This document shows, piece after piece, positions 1 through 12,933 of a stretch of 32,000 bases of DNA (positions within the stretch are counted from its first letter, which is position 1; each line of letters begins with the position of its first letter). The stretch spans positions 1 to 32,000 of the forward strand of contig CP104013.1 of NCBI GenBank assembly GCA_025839675.1. Direction: 5' to 3'. The translations under genes and the position numbers were made by a program. Under the pieces are notes generated by a model. The model saw only the letters and a program-made list of their open reading frames with translations, was not told the DNA's origin and did not search any database. The stretch comes from Candidatus Lokiarchaeum ossiferum. GTDB taxonomy: Archaea; Asgardarchaeota; Lokiarchaeia; Sigyniarchaeales; Promethearchaeaceae.

Positions 1-5
1 TTAAC

Positions 6-13
6 TTTAAATA
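6..13 (+). promoter_or_regulatory. candidate archaeal TATA box (tttaaata) upstream of the 23S leader
   Basis: An AT-rich octamer resembling the TTTATATA consensus that recurs upstream of other genes in this window. It lies ~35 nt before the GC-enriched segment starting near 46. There is no transcript evidence. Confidence 0.2.
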
Positions 14-45
14 TTAGAGACCTCTTATTATCTTAGATTTAGTTA

Positions 46-270
46 TCAAACTCGATCTAATCTCAAAAGCATATCAAAAGTGCGACGATGTTTTGACCGA
101 CAACAAGCCAAAAACATCGATCTCGTATTGATATGGGAACGTTGAGGCATCGGTCTGATTATTGGTTCTGTTACAGAACACCACTCAGTTTGATTGGAAT
201 AGTCGGAATATCCGGGCGAATCTCCGTTCAGCATGCGTTTACGCATGAACATTGGTCCCATGGCAAAGTC
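46..270 (+). other. GC-enriched structured non-coding segment, putative pre-23S 5' leader or unknown RNA
   Basis: It is visibly GC-richer than the coding background. It has a perfect 9-bp stem (86-94 cgatgtttt with 111-119 aaaacatcg) and a 6-bp palindromic hairpin (232-237 catgcg, loop ttta, 242-247 cgcatg). Positions 258-270 are complementary to 3829-3841, downstream of the 23S. The 71-aa minus-strand ORF here has a composition unlike the real proteins of this window. Confidence 0.3.
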
Positions 271-565
271 TTATTCGTTTTGTAACATCTGATCAGGTTA
301 AAGTGATCCAATGTTCGTGTTAAATTTGTACACTTCTACTTTTTGAACTACAATTAGCATTCAATTCGGATAACATGTTGTACCGACACATATATGCAAA
401 GTAACTAGATCGTGAAATGCATATTAAGTCAAAAACAATTAATTATTGTATTAAAATTCCAGGTTATCAAAAGTCTCCCAACGATTTTGATAACCTACGA
501 AGTAGTATGAAGACCGTTCGAGACAATTCGTCTCAGATAAGTAATCAGGGTTCGTTCCTGATTAA

Positions 566-3748
<3,183 letters not shown>

Positions 3749-4048
3749 GGAAAAGGAACATATGGACCCTGGCTTTGAATCAGCCAAGGAACCGGATTTC
3801 ATACAGAGCTAATACAATGGTACAACAGGACTTTGCCATGGACTGATTTTACTCTCTCCTCCTTATTTATCCCCTCCCAAGAAAAAGTGTCTCTTTCTTC
3901 GAAAAGCGCTTGGGCTGTTTTGGGACAAAACTTAAAATAGACTTTTCCTTCAGTAAACTTCTTATTCTATTCTGCTAATCTGCCAATTTTGTAAACTTGA
4001 TATCATCAGGTGCGGATGCATGCTATTTAATCTTTACCTTTGCATATC

Positions 4049-4056
4049 TTTATATA
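4049..4056 (+). promoter_or_regulatory. candidate TATA box (tttatata) for a separate 16S transcript
   Basis: A perfect tttatata octamer in the context gcatatctttatatagc, ~285 nt upstream of the 16S 5' end. The same atctttatat core precedes the gene at 26581. Confidence 0.35.
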
Positions 4057-4337
4057 GCTGGTGTGATTATATAGTTTGTAAGTGAGTCATCACTTATACC
4101 TAACCCATGTCTTTATCGGCGTGAGTGTGGATCACGGCATAGCCATTGATATGAAACACTCCTTTCCATCGACTTGGGAAAACATATGAAGTCCTTTTAC
4201 ACAGTAGGGGGACCGATGTAGTTACAACGAAGCAACGGGCAGGTAAACTCTCTGAGTTAACCTGCCAATTCTTAAACTTAAGTTTATAACGATAGCGAGA
4301 TAATTTAACATTTGGAAGGATCGAGAACGAATTAATA

Positions 4338-5831
<1,494 letters not shown>

Positions 5832-5840
5832 ACACCATTA

Positions 5841-5875
5841 AGTGGGGTCATAACGACCCCACTTTTCTCTTTTTA
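5841..5875 (+). terminator. hairpin plus T-tracts immediately after the 16S
   Basis: A 9-bp perfect stem (agtggggtc 5841-5849, loop ataac, gaccccact 5855-5863) is followed by ttttctcttttt. It could be a terminator or a processing structure. Confidence 0.45.
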
Positions 5876-5956
5876 TTTATTAATTTGATTATCTTAATTT
5901 CATTCAGGTTTTCATAAAAACAACTTTATTATTTCAATTATATAATTTAATCGTAT

Positions 5957-7156
5957 ATGTCAATTCCTTCATTAATGGAAAAAGTGGATATTGAGAATCT
6001 CTATCAACATGTTTTAAGACTCGAAGGTATTCGTCATCCAATTCAACATTCACAACACTTGAAAAAATCTCAAGATTATATTTATGACACCATGAAAAGT
6101 TTTGGGCTACAAACAATTCAACAAAGTTTTCATTTAAAACCCTTTTTACAAGATTTTTCTAATATTCAAGGTATGATTGTAAACGAATCTGAACCTATAA
6201 TTTTGATTACATCGCACTATGACACGGTATTTAATTCTCCTGGCGCTATGGACAATGCTGGAGCTGTAGCCATTATGCTTGAATGTGCCCGAATTTTATC
6301 AGAACAATCTACTATACAGAATGTTGGATTTGTGGCTTTTACGTTAGAAGAATTTAATGCTTCTTGGGTACTGGCGCGTAATAATAAATTAATCGAACTC
6401 GGACTATATGATGAAAAGTTCCGTTGGACTACTTATGGTTATGCAAAAAAAATGCTTCATTATAAGAAACAAATCTGGCAGAACAGGCAACAAGGTTTAA
6501 CTGCAAAACAATCAATAGAGCAATACTTGAATTTATTTTCCTCTAACATTTCTTCCTCAATAAGATCATTCATAGAATTTGATTTAGATTTGAATAAAAA
6601 TTATGATCATATGACCATTTGGGGTAATTCTGCTTTGTATGGAAGTGAAAAATGGTTTTTAAATCGTACACCCAAAGATAACCCCATAGAAGGCGTGCTT
6701 AACATTGACGCTGTCGGGTTTCGTTCCTTTTCCAATTCTCCTCATAGTGCTATAAAGGATTTCTCAAATAATGTATCTCAATCCCCCAAAAAACCACTTG
6801 AAATAAAATCCTTACCGAAAATTCAGATAATCGCTAATCAAAGTTCAAAATGTTTAATGGATCAATATTGCAATTGTTGTACAGACTATCATTTAGATCT
6901 AGAGTTAATCAAATCCTTAACAAAAAAAAAATTAGAAGAAATTGCTAGAACTCAGCCGGATTTGATGCGATCAGATCATACAACTTTTTGGAAACGAAAT
7001 ATTCCCGCAATATTTATAACTGATTTTACCGAAGTACCAAATCCTTATTATCATTCTGCTGCCGATACAATAGATAAAATTGATTTTGATATTTTGAAAA
7101 CACTCACTCAAGCAACCTTGGGAACAATAAAAAAGCTAAAAAAGAATTTTGATTAA
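5957..7156 (+). CDS. M28-family metallo-aminopeptidase-like protein with internal insertions
   Basis: M28 zinc-ligand motifs occur in the expected order: SHYDTV...SPGAMDNAGAVAIMLE, FTLEEF, NIDAVG, RSDHTTFWKRNIPAIF and YYHSAADTIDKIDF. It has an ATG start. Confidence 0.8.
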   Translation: MSIPSLMEKVDIENLYQHVLRLEGIRHPIQHSQHLKKSQDYIYDTMKSFGLQTIQQSFHLKPFLQDFSNIQGMIVNESEPIILITSHYDTVFNSPGAMDNAGAVAIMLECARILSEQSTIQNVGFVAFTLEEFNASWVLARNNKLIELGLYDEKFRWTTYGYAKKMLHYKKQIWQNRQQGLTAKQSIEQYLNLFSSNISSSIRSFIEFDLDLNKNYDHMTIWGNSALYGSEKWFLNRTPKDNPIEGVLNIDAVGFRSFSNSPHSAIKDFSNNVSQSPKKPLEIKSLPKIQIIANQSSKCLMDQYCNCCTDYHLDLELIKSLTKKKLEEIARTQPDLMRSDHTTFWKRNIPAIFITDFTEVPNPYYHSAADTIDKIDFDILKTLTQATLGTIKKLKKNFD

Positions 7157-7180
7157 AAAATCATATTCGGATCACCCCGA

Positions 7181-7219
7181 CTTCAAAGAAACACCAAAGG
7201 TTTATTGTTTCTCCTCATT
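7181..7219 (-). promoter_or_regulatory. SECIS-like kink-turn hairpin in the selD 3' UTR
   Basis: In mRNA sense the element reads A-AUGA-GGAGAAACA-AUAAACCUUUGG-UGUUUCUUU-GA-AG. The helix is 9 bp (7 Watson-Crick plus 2 G-U). AUGA on the 5' side and GA on the 3' side are positioned for tandem sheared G-A pairs. The apical loop is A-rich, with AAA 11-13 nt after AUGA. The element starts 14 nt after the selD stop codon. Confidence 0.45.
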
Positions 7220-7232
7220 AGCAATAATTTTC

Positions 7233-8270
7233 TTAATCATATTTAGGAACCACGATTGGTTCACATTGTGAATTAAAAGTGACATCTTCATATTTTGAGG
7301 AAATAATGCCCATCTTATAACACGGAATCTTTGCTTCTTGCAACATTATGCTGAGATCCGAAGCAATGGAAGAATCGACTACCATTAACATTCCTCCTGA
7401 TATTTCGGGTGAAAGTCCTTCAACTAGCTCATAACTCAATAATTCCGCAAGTTCTAAAGCTTCTTTTATCACAGGAAACTTCCGTACTTCCGCTCCCAAG
7501 CCCGATTCATACAAAATTTCTCGTAAATGCCCTGTAAATCCAAATCCCGTCACATCGGTCATTCCATGAATTCTGTTGGAAAACTTTCCTTCATGGATCA
7601 CCTCGCATACTGGCTGATTTGAAGTGGTCATACACTTAACAGCAATATCAATGCTATCACGCAAAGAGTCAAGATTCATATCTCCGAGTAATTCTGGTTC
7701 AGAATTCAATATTCGATAGGCACCCATTATTGGTTGAACTCCCAAGGGTTTGGTTAGCAGAATGACATCTCCTTCCTTTGCTCCTTGTTTACGAATAAGA
7801 TCTTTCTTCTGCATAATTGATGATGCTGATCCCCCAAATAATGGCCAAGGATTATAAATTGTATGACCTCCATCCACATCCGCTCCTAAGGGTTTGAGAA
7901 AATCCCGAATCCCGCAAATTGTTTTTTCCGCCATTATACTTGGCATATCATAGGGTATTCCCATGAAATTGCTGTAATTCGTGATGCTTAAAGCATTCAA
8001 CGCGAATAAATCATTGGTTACGTTACATGCTGCAATTTGCCCCATTATATACGGATCATCATGAATTGCTGTAAAGATGTCAATATTGGAGATTAGAACT
8101 TCAGATGGATTAATTTCTTGGATTGCACAGTCTTCGGCTTTCGCTGAGGGTAATCCTGTGTTTTTTAACATTGTTGTCAATCGTGACGCCGGTAGTTTAC
8201 ATTTTCATCCATGCATTGAGCACTTTTCAGTGAGTTTGTAGTTTTTTATTATCTCATTATAGCTACTCAT
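7233..8270 (-). CDS. selD: selenophosphate synthetase (selenide, water dikinase), selenocysteine-containing; in-frame TGA at 8207..8205
   Basis: The body matches the SelD/PurM-like fold: DCAIQ...NIDIFTAIHDDPYIMGQIAACNVTNDLFALNA and GGHTIYNPWPLFGGSA. Reading upstream of the ORF-track TTG start gives MSSYNEIIKNYKLTEKCSMHG-TGA-KCKLPASRLTTML, starting from the ATG at 8270. The TGA sits at the catalytic Cys/Sec position of the N-terminal loop. A GAGGTGA Shine-Dalgarno at 8282..8276 is complementary to the 16S 3' end. The product is 345 aa. Confidence 0.88.
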
Positions 8271-8500
8271 GCAATTCACCTCTAGAAAAGATAAGAAGAA
8301 TAACTATTTAAACGGAGTAATTATGAAAAAAATGAATGAACGATCTAAGACAGATTATCTTCTTCTTTTTAAGTTGACGAAAACATTAACAAGAAGTTAT
8401 CTAAATCGTGATTAAATATTACTAGCTTGGTTTTAATAGCTGTATTCAGTTGATATTATTGATAAATATAAACAATTATCAAATTTTGGAAGTTTTAGCT

Positions 8501-8935
8501 ATGGTTAATAAAATGATTGGAACTAAAAATGTTAAACCGCTTGTAGAGCGCATTATTTCAGATTGGGATAATTTTGCTAAAATCAAATTTGAGAGTTGGA
8601 AGTTGTTATATCGGACTGTATCGGAATTAACTACCATTGTTAAAGATGAGGTTACGGATTGGCATGGAGAGCAGGATTTTCTGGTCCAAGGTGGTGAGAT
8701 TCTTTTCCATTTACAATATGAAACAGACGTATTTTTGAAAAAATGTGAGGAACGTGCTAAATTCGAGAAAGGATGGAAAGGAACGGTCGAAGAGTGCGCT
8801 GTTGCTTTTGATGAATTTCGTAAAAAGGCAATCCCCTTATTCGTAACTTTTGCAACTCATTTAGAAACCGAAAATCCACTACGATTGGAAATTGAATCTC
8901 AAATGACTGCTCACAATTATCCCATGTTGTTATAA
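8501..8935 (+). CDS. hypothetical protein (~144 aa)
   Basis: An open frame with coding-like composition. I moved the start to the first ATG (MVNKMIGTK), because the ORF-track start is a TTG. I recognise no family. Confidence 0.4.
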   Translation: MVNKMIGTKNVKPLVERIISDWDNFAKIKFESWKLLYRTVSELTTIVKDEVTDWHGEQDFLVQGGEILFHLQYETDVFLKKCEERAKFEKGWKGTVEECAVAFDEFRKKAIPLFVTFATHLETENPLRLEIESQMTAHNYPMLL

Positions 8936-9153
8936 ATTCTTCTTGGCTCAAATTTTTGCTTTTTTCTATTTTATCTCTATTTATGGGCGTTTTGAAGATT
9001 TCACTTCCATATGGATCATCATGGACATTTTGGCTTTCTTTCATTAGGTTGAATTTATATTATTTACTTGGAAATAAAGAAAAGACTGGGACTATTCAAT
9101 TTCTTTTTTTATCTTAAATATATTCTAAAGAAAGAAAAGGAGATCAAAAAAAC

Positions 9154-9396
9154 ATGAAATCAAATTTAAAAAGAAAAAATGGACTTTTTTTATTCGTTGG
9201 AGTTGCTATTTATATCTTTTCTTGGGTTTTTCAAATTGAAATTTGGTATTTAATTATTCCCATAGGTTTCTTATTTATTATGGCTCTAATTGTGAGTAAT
9301 AAATCTGCAAAAAAGCGAAAAGATCGTAAAAACCGATTTAAATCCTTTGCCAAAGGCTCCCAAGGAGATTACTACGATTGGTTGGTTTCTGACTAA
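9154..9396 (+). CDS. small membrane protein (two TM segments, basic C-terminal tail)
   Basis: The ATG is preceded by aaaggag (near 9136-9142). It has two hydrophobic helices followed by a KKRKDRKNRFK tail. Confidence 0.5.
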   Translation: MKSNLKRKNGLFLFVGVAIYIFSWVFQIEIWYLIIPIGFLFIMALIVSNKSAKKRKDRKNRFKSFAKGSQGDYYDWLVSD

Positions 9397-10429
9397 AAAA
9401 TTCCATAAAATCTCACTTTTTATTCATTTTTTTGAATTTATTTTAAATACTTACCAATACTACGCAATTGAATATTTTATTCAAATTTTTGATCGGATAC
9501 CTATTTATGATAAATCAACATATACATATATATATCCGGTAGTAAAAAGGAGAATACTTAATTTGATTGAAAATGAACAGATTTATTTAATTCCTGCTAA
9601 AATATTTGAAATAATTACTTATATTTTAGTGTTATACACTTTAAATCGAAAATATAGGGGTATAAATCTTAGAAAAAGACCTCCAATTCATCAATACTTC
9701 GTTATTGGAATTTCAGCTTGGATCTTTTACATGATTTTTGACACTATCATCTTTGTCATTGCTCCACTTTCGATTTCTACACCTTTATTGTCAGAATCTC
9801 CATATCAAGGTTATTTGACAGGTTATGCTTCATTAACAATTGCGAATATTCTTAGAGATATCGCCATTTTTGGGGCAATTTGTCATGCTTGGTTTTATTG
9901 TGCGGCGGCAGTCAAAATCCAAACTGGAGTGAATTTAACCCGTAAGATTTTTGGGTCCGATGAAGAAATTCTGACAATAAATAGAAAATCTTTAACTTGG
10001 GGACATTTAGCAAAAATCTTTGGTTTTATTATTTTGATTGTGGTTGTATATTTAGATCAGATTGCAATCATTGTAAATCCCGATTCTACCATCCATGTGT
10101 CTTCAGATTGGGGGATAGGATTGATTGTCATATTGATTCTTTATACTACATCCACCATATTGATGTTCCGACAATTGGTTGCTCTGCGTAACAAGCCAAT
10201 GGAAGTTGAATATAAAAAGAGAGCCAAATTTTTGGGTTGGAGTATTATTATATTTACCATTGGGTTATTTTATTGGGGTTTAACTGGTTCGCTAGTTAAA
10301 TGGTTAATTTCCTGGATTCCAGATATTGCGAGTTATACAATAATATTTTTATATTTAGGGCACTTCATTTGGATGCTTTCTGGAATTTATGTATATCTTG
10401 CTTTTCGAGATGTTAATAAAACAGAATAA
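9347..10429 (+). CDS. multi-pass membrane protein, unknown family; start uncertain
   Basis: A long open frame with roughly 8 hydrophobic segments. There is no ATG in the first ~128 codons. Candidate starts are the TTG at 9347 (overlapping the previous gene by 50 nt) or the TTG at 9563, which is preceded by aaaaggag. Confidence 0.55.
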   Translation: MPKAPKEITTIGWFLTKKFHKISLFIHFFEFILNTYQYYAIEYFIQIFDRIPIYDKSTYTYIYPVVKRRILNLIENEQIYLIPAKIFEIITYILVLYTLNRKYRGINLRKRPPIHQYFVIGISAWIFYMIFDTIIFVIAPLSISTPLLSESPYQGYLTGYASLTIANILRDIAIFGAICHAWFYCAAAVKIQTGVNLTRKIFGSDEEILTINRKSLTWGHLAKIFGFIILIVVVYLDQIAIIVNPDSTIHVSSDWGIGLIVILILYTTSTILMFRQLVALRNKPMEVEYKKRAKFLGWSIIIFTIGLFYWGLTGSLVKWLISWIPDIASYTIIFLYLGHFIWMLSGIYVYLAFRDVNKTE

Positions 10430-10709
10430 TCATATTTATTTCACTTAGTGTGTTTTTTCTATATTTTTATTACGAATTCTCAAAAATCTGTAACAAATCA
10501 AAATATTTCAAAAATTATATATTAAGGCATTAATAGCAGTCTTACTATATTCCGTAAGTATTTCTCGAAACACCTCAAACTTACTATTTATATTCAAATA
10601 TAGAAATTTTTTTTATCTTAGGTATGAAAATCTTTATCATTCTCAGAAAAAGAAAAATTTCAAATAAATTTTTACATTCAATAGAAATTGATTAATTTTG
10701 AAGGAAATA

Positions 10710-11918
10710 ATGATGTTAGATAAAAAAGATTGGAATTTTGATCAAATAATTGATAGAATGCAAACCAATTCAATAAAATGGGATCCCATTTTTCTTAAAT
10801 TTCAATTTGGAGAGAAAAATCAAGATATACTGCCGTTATGGGTCGCAGATATGGATTTTGAATCTCCTTCGGTTGTAAAAAAAGCAATGATTGAACGTGC
10901 TCAACATCAAATCTATGGTTATACCTTTACAGGACTTTCCTATTTTGAGGCACTAAAATCCTGGTATAACCGGCGACATGATTGGGAAATTGAACGGGAT
11001 TGGGTGTGTACTACCCCCGGGATTGTACCCGCAATTAATTTCATTATTCAAAGATTTTCAAAACCTGGTGATAAAATCGTTATTCAAACTCCAGTTTATT
11101 ATCCCTTTTCAGAAGCAATTTTAAATAACGGCCGACAACTTGTAGAAAACTCTCTTCTTTTGGAAGAAGGGCAATATAGAATGAATTTTGAAGATTTAGA
11201 ATCAAAATTGAAGGATTCCCGCGTCAAAATTGTCATTTTATGTAACCCCCATAATCCTGTCGGAAGGGTCTGGACAAAAGAAGAACTTACCCGTTTTGGC
11301 AATATTTGTATTGAGAATGGTGTTTTAATACTATCGGACGAAATCCATTGTGATTTAATTATGCCAAAATTTAAACATGTTTGTTTTGCCTCTATTTCAG
11401 AAAAGTTTGCCATGAATTCAATAACATGCAATGCAGGGAGTAAAACTTTCAATCTTGCTGGATTGAAACAGTCAAATGTAATAATTCCAAATAAACGAAT
11501 GCTCGCCGAATTTCGTAATCACTTGAATAATTTAGGATTAATGGGAGGTACATTATTTGGTGCGGTTTCTCTCGAAGCGGCATACAATGGTGCAGAAGCA
11601 TGGCTTGATGATTTAATTTTATATTTGGCGGAAAATTTTAAATTTCTAAAACAATATCTGGAAAAAAATCTTCCGGGAGTGTCCGCTATTGAATTACAAG
11701 GAACATATTTAGTATGGGTAGATTTTAGAAATTTAAGATTAGATGCTAAAGAATTAAAACGAATAATGGAAGAAGAAGCTAAAATTGGGCTTGATGATGG
11801 TGCGATGTTTGGGGACGTTGGAGCAGGATTCCAGCGTGTTAACATTGCTTGTCCCAAATCTATTCTAAAAAAGGCTTTAGATAACATTATCCATGCATTT
11901 AAACCATACATTAGTTAA
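10710..11918 (+). CDS. PLP-dependent C-S lyase / aminotransferase class I-II (PatB/MalY-like cystathionine beta-lyase family)
   Basis: Family motifs are present: SIKWD, ILPLWVADMDFESP, CNPHNPVGRVWTKEEL, and SKTFNLAGLKQS (the PLP lysine). The start is set at the first ATG. Confidence 0.85.
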   Translation: MMLDKKDWNFDQIIDRMQTNSIKWDPIFLKFQFGEKNQDILPLWVADMDFESPSVVKKAMIERAQHQIYGYTFTGLSYFEALKSWYNRRHDWEIERDWVCTTPGIVPAINFIIQRFSKPGDKIVIQTPVYYPFSEAILNNGRQLVENSLLLEEGQYRMNFEDLESKLKDSRVKIVILCNPHNPVGRVWTKEELTRFGNICIENGVLILSDEIHCDLIMPKFKHVCFASISEKFAMNSITCNAGSKTFNLAGLKQSNVIIPNKRMLAEFRNHLNNLGLMGGTLFGAVSLEAAYNGAEAWLDDLILYLAENFKFLKQYLEKNLPGVSAIELQGTYLVWVDFRNLRLDAKELKRIMEEEAKIGLDDGAMFGDVGAGFQRVNIACPKSILKKALDNIIHAFKPYIS

Positions 11919-11927
11919 ATTTTAGAT

Positions 11928-12743
11928 TTATACTTGTTTACCAACTTTTTTTTTTATTGATTTCTTATTTCTAGTCTTTTTCTTGGGTTTTAGTTTGATG
12001 TTCTTTGCACATTTCTCATTTATAAAACATAAATCACATTTAGGCTTTGCTGTGCATATATGAGCGCAGTGTTGGACAATTAGTGCATGATATTCATTGA
12101 AAACTGGCGTTTCATTTCGAAGAGACGCATGGAATATCATTTGGAAATGATCGTAGGATTCACTCTGTTGTATTATATCCAATCTTCCAAACAAACGTTT
12201 AGTGTAGGCGTCAATCACAAAAATTGGTTTTTTGAAAGCGTATAGGATTATTGAATCCGCTGTTTCAGGACCAATTCCCTTTACAGAAAGTAATTTAGAA
12301 CGTAATTCAATGATATCTAATTGACTTATGGTAGAAATGGGATTTTTCGCAAGAAAAGACATTAAATAATGGATTTTTTTGGCTTTTTGATTATAATAAC
12401 CCGAAGATTTAATTAATAAAGCTAATTTCTCTTCAGAGAGCTTGTGCAAACTTTCAAAAGAAATCATTTTGTTTGATTCTAAATTGAAAAGAGCTTTTTC
12501 TGCGTTAACCCAAGAAGTATTCTGGGTTAAAATTGCCCCCAACATAATTTCCAAAACTTCTTTTGGTTGATCTGGTATATTATAGTCGTTTGGATGATAA
12601 CCTGAGTAGCTCCCTCTTAGTGTAGGATTTATATTGTTTCTTGAAAGTCTGAGTAAAGGCCACCAACCTTGCGATCCATAGTGTTTCCTCAATATTTGAT
12701 AGAGATTTTGAATCTCTCTTTTTATTTTCTCCATTTTCTGCAT
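11928..12743 (-). CDS. endonuclease III-like HhH-GPD DNA glycosylase family protein with C-terminal Cys cluster
   Basis: It has ILTQNTSWVNAEKA, a helix-hairpin-helix (LLSVKGIGPETADSIILYA), a downstream VIDAYTKR, and the Cys cluster CAHICTAKPKCDLCFINEKC. Confidence 0.8.
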   Translation of the reverse strand: MQKMEKIKREIQNLYQILRKHYGSQGWWPLLRLSRNNINPTLRGSYSGYHPNDYNIPDQPKEVLEIMLGAILTQNTSWVNAEKALFNLESNKMISFESLHKLSEEKLALLIKSSGYYNQKAKKIHYLMSFLAKNPISTISQLDIIELRSKLLSVKGIGPETADSIILYAFKKPIFVIDAYTKRLFGRLDIIQQSESYDHFQMIFHASLRNETPVFNEYHALIVQHCAHICTAKPKCDLCFINEKCAKNIKLKPKKKTRNKKSIKKKVGKQV

Positions 12744-12933
12744 CCAATTGGTCAGGATAATTGATTTTTTTAAACCATAACTCTTGATTTTATTACGACT
12801 ATATGTTGAATATTGAGTTTTAGCAATTCTACATATAATTACAACCTATAGATGAGAACTTTTAAGTAATTCCCCATGGAATATTACTTAGTTAATATTT
12901 ATTCGTGGTATTTCTTACCAGGTTGTTATAAAT

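Noticed and set aside
46-261. A 71-aa minus-strand ORF upstream of the 23S.
   Set aside because: Its composition is atypical for this genome (Arg/Cys/Met-rich) and I see no ribosome-binding or promoter context. The region is full of perfect hairpins, so it is better explained as structured RNA or leader.
3749-4337. A spacer tRNA (for example tRNA-Ala) or a 5S rRNA between the two rRNA genes.
   Set aside because: By eye I found no T-arm (GTTCGAATC-like), no acceptor-stem complementarity and no 5S loop motifs on either strand. A tRNAscan/Infernal run is still needed to be certain.
7167-7180. The hairpin UCGG-GGUGAU-CCGA (mRNA sense), flanked by GAAG and A, considered as a classical methanogen-type SECIS (GAA/A internal loop).
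   Set aside because: I could not build the required lower helix around it, and an extra G sits between GAA and the stem. It may instead be part of a larger SECIS fold or a bidirectional terminator between the convergent M28 and selD genes. I kept it as a note under the SECIS finding.
8323-8415. A 30-codon plus-strand ORF (MKKMNERSKTDYLLLFKLTKTLTRSYLNRD) in the selD upstream intergenic region.
   Set aside because: It is too short, has no supporting signal, and lies in a probable promoter region.
8757-9044. A 95-aa minus-strand ORF overlapping the 3' end of the 8501-8935 gene.
   Set aside because: It overlaps the plus-strand ORF by ~180 nt in antisense, and only its first ~36 codons lie in otherwise unassigned sequence. 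I cannot tell which strand is real without homology or expression data, so I did not list it as a feature.
11099-11911. The antisense ORFs 11099-11452 and 11519-11911.
   Set aside because: They are embedded antisense in the well-supported PatB/MalY-like gene.
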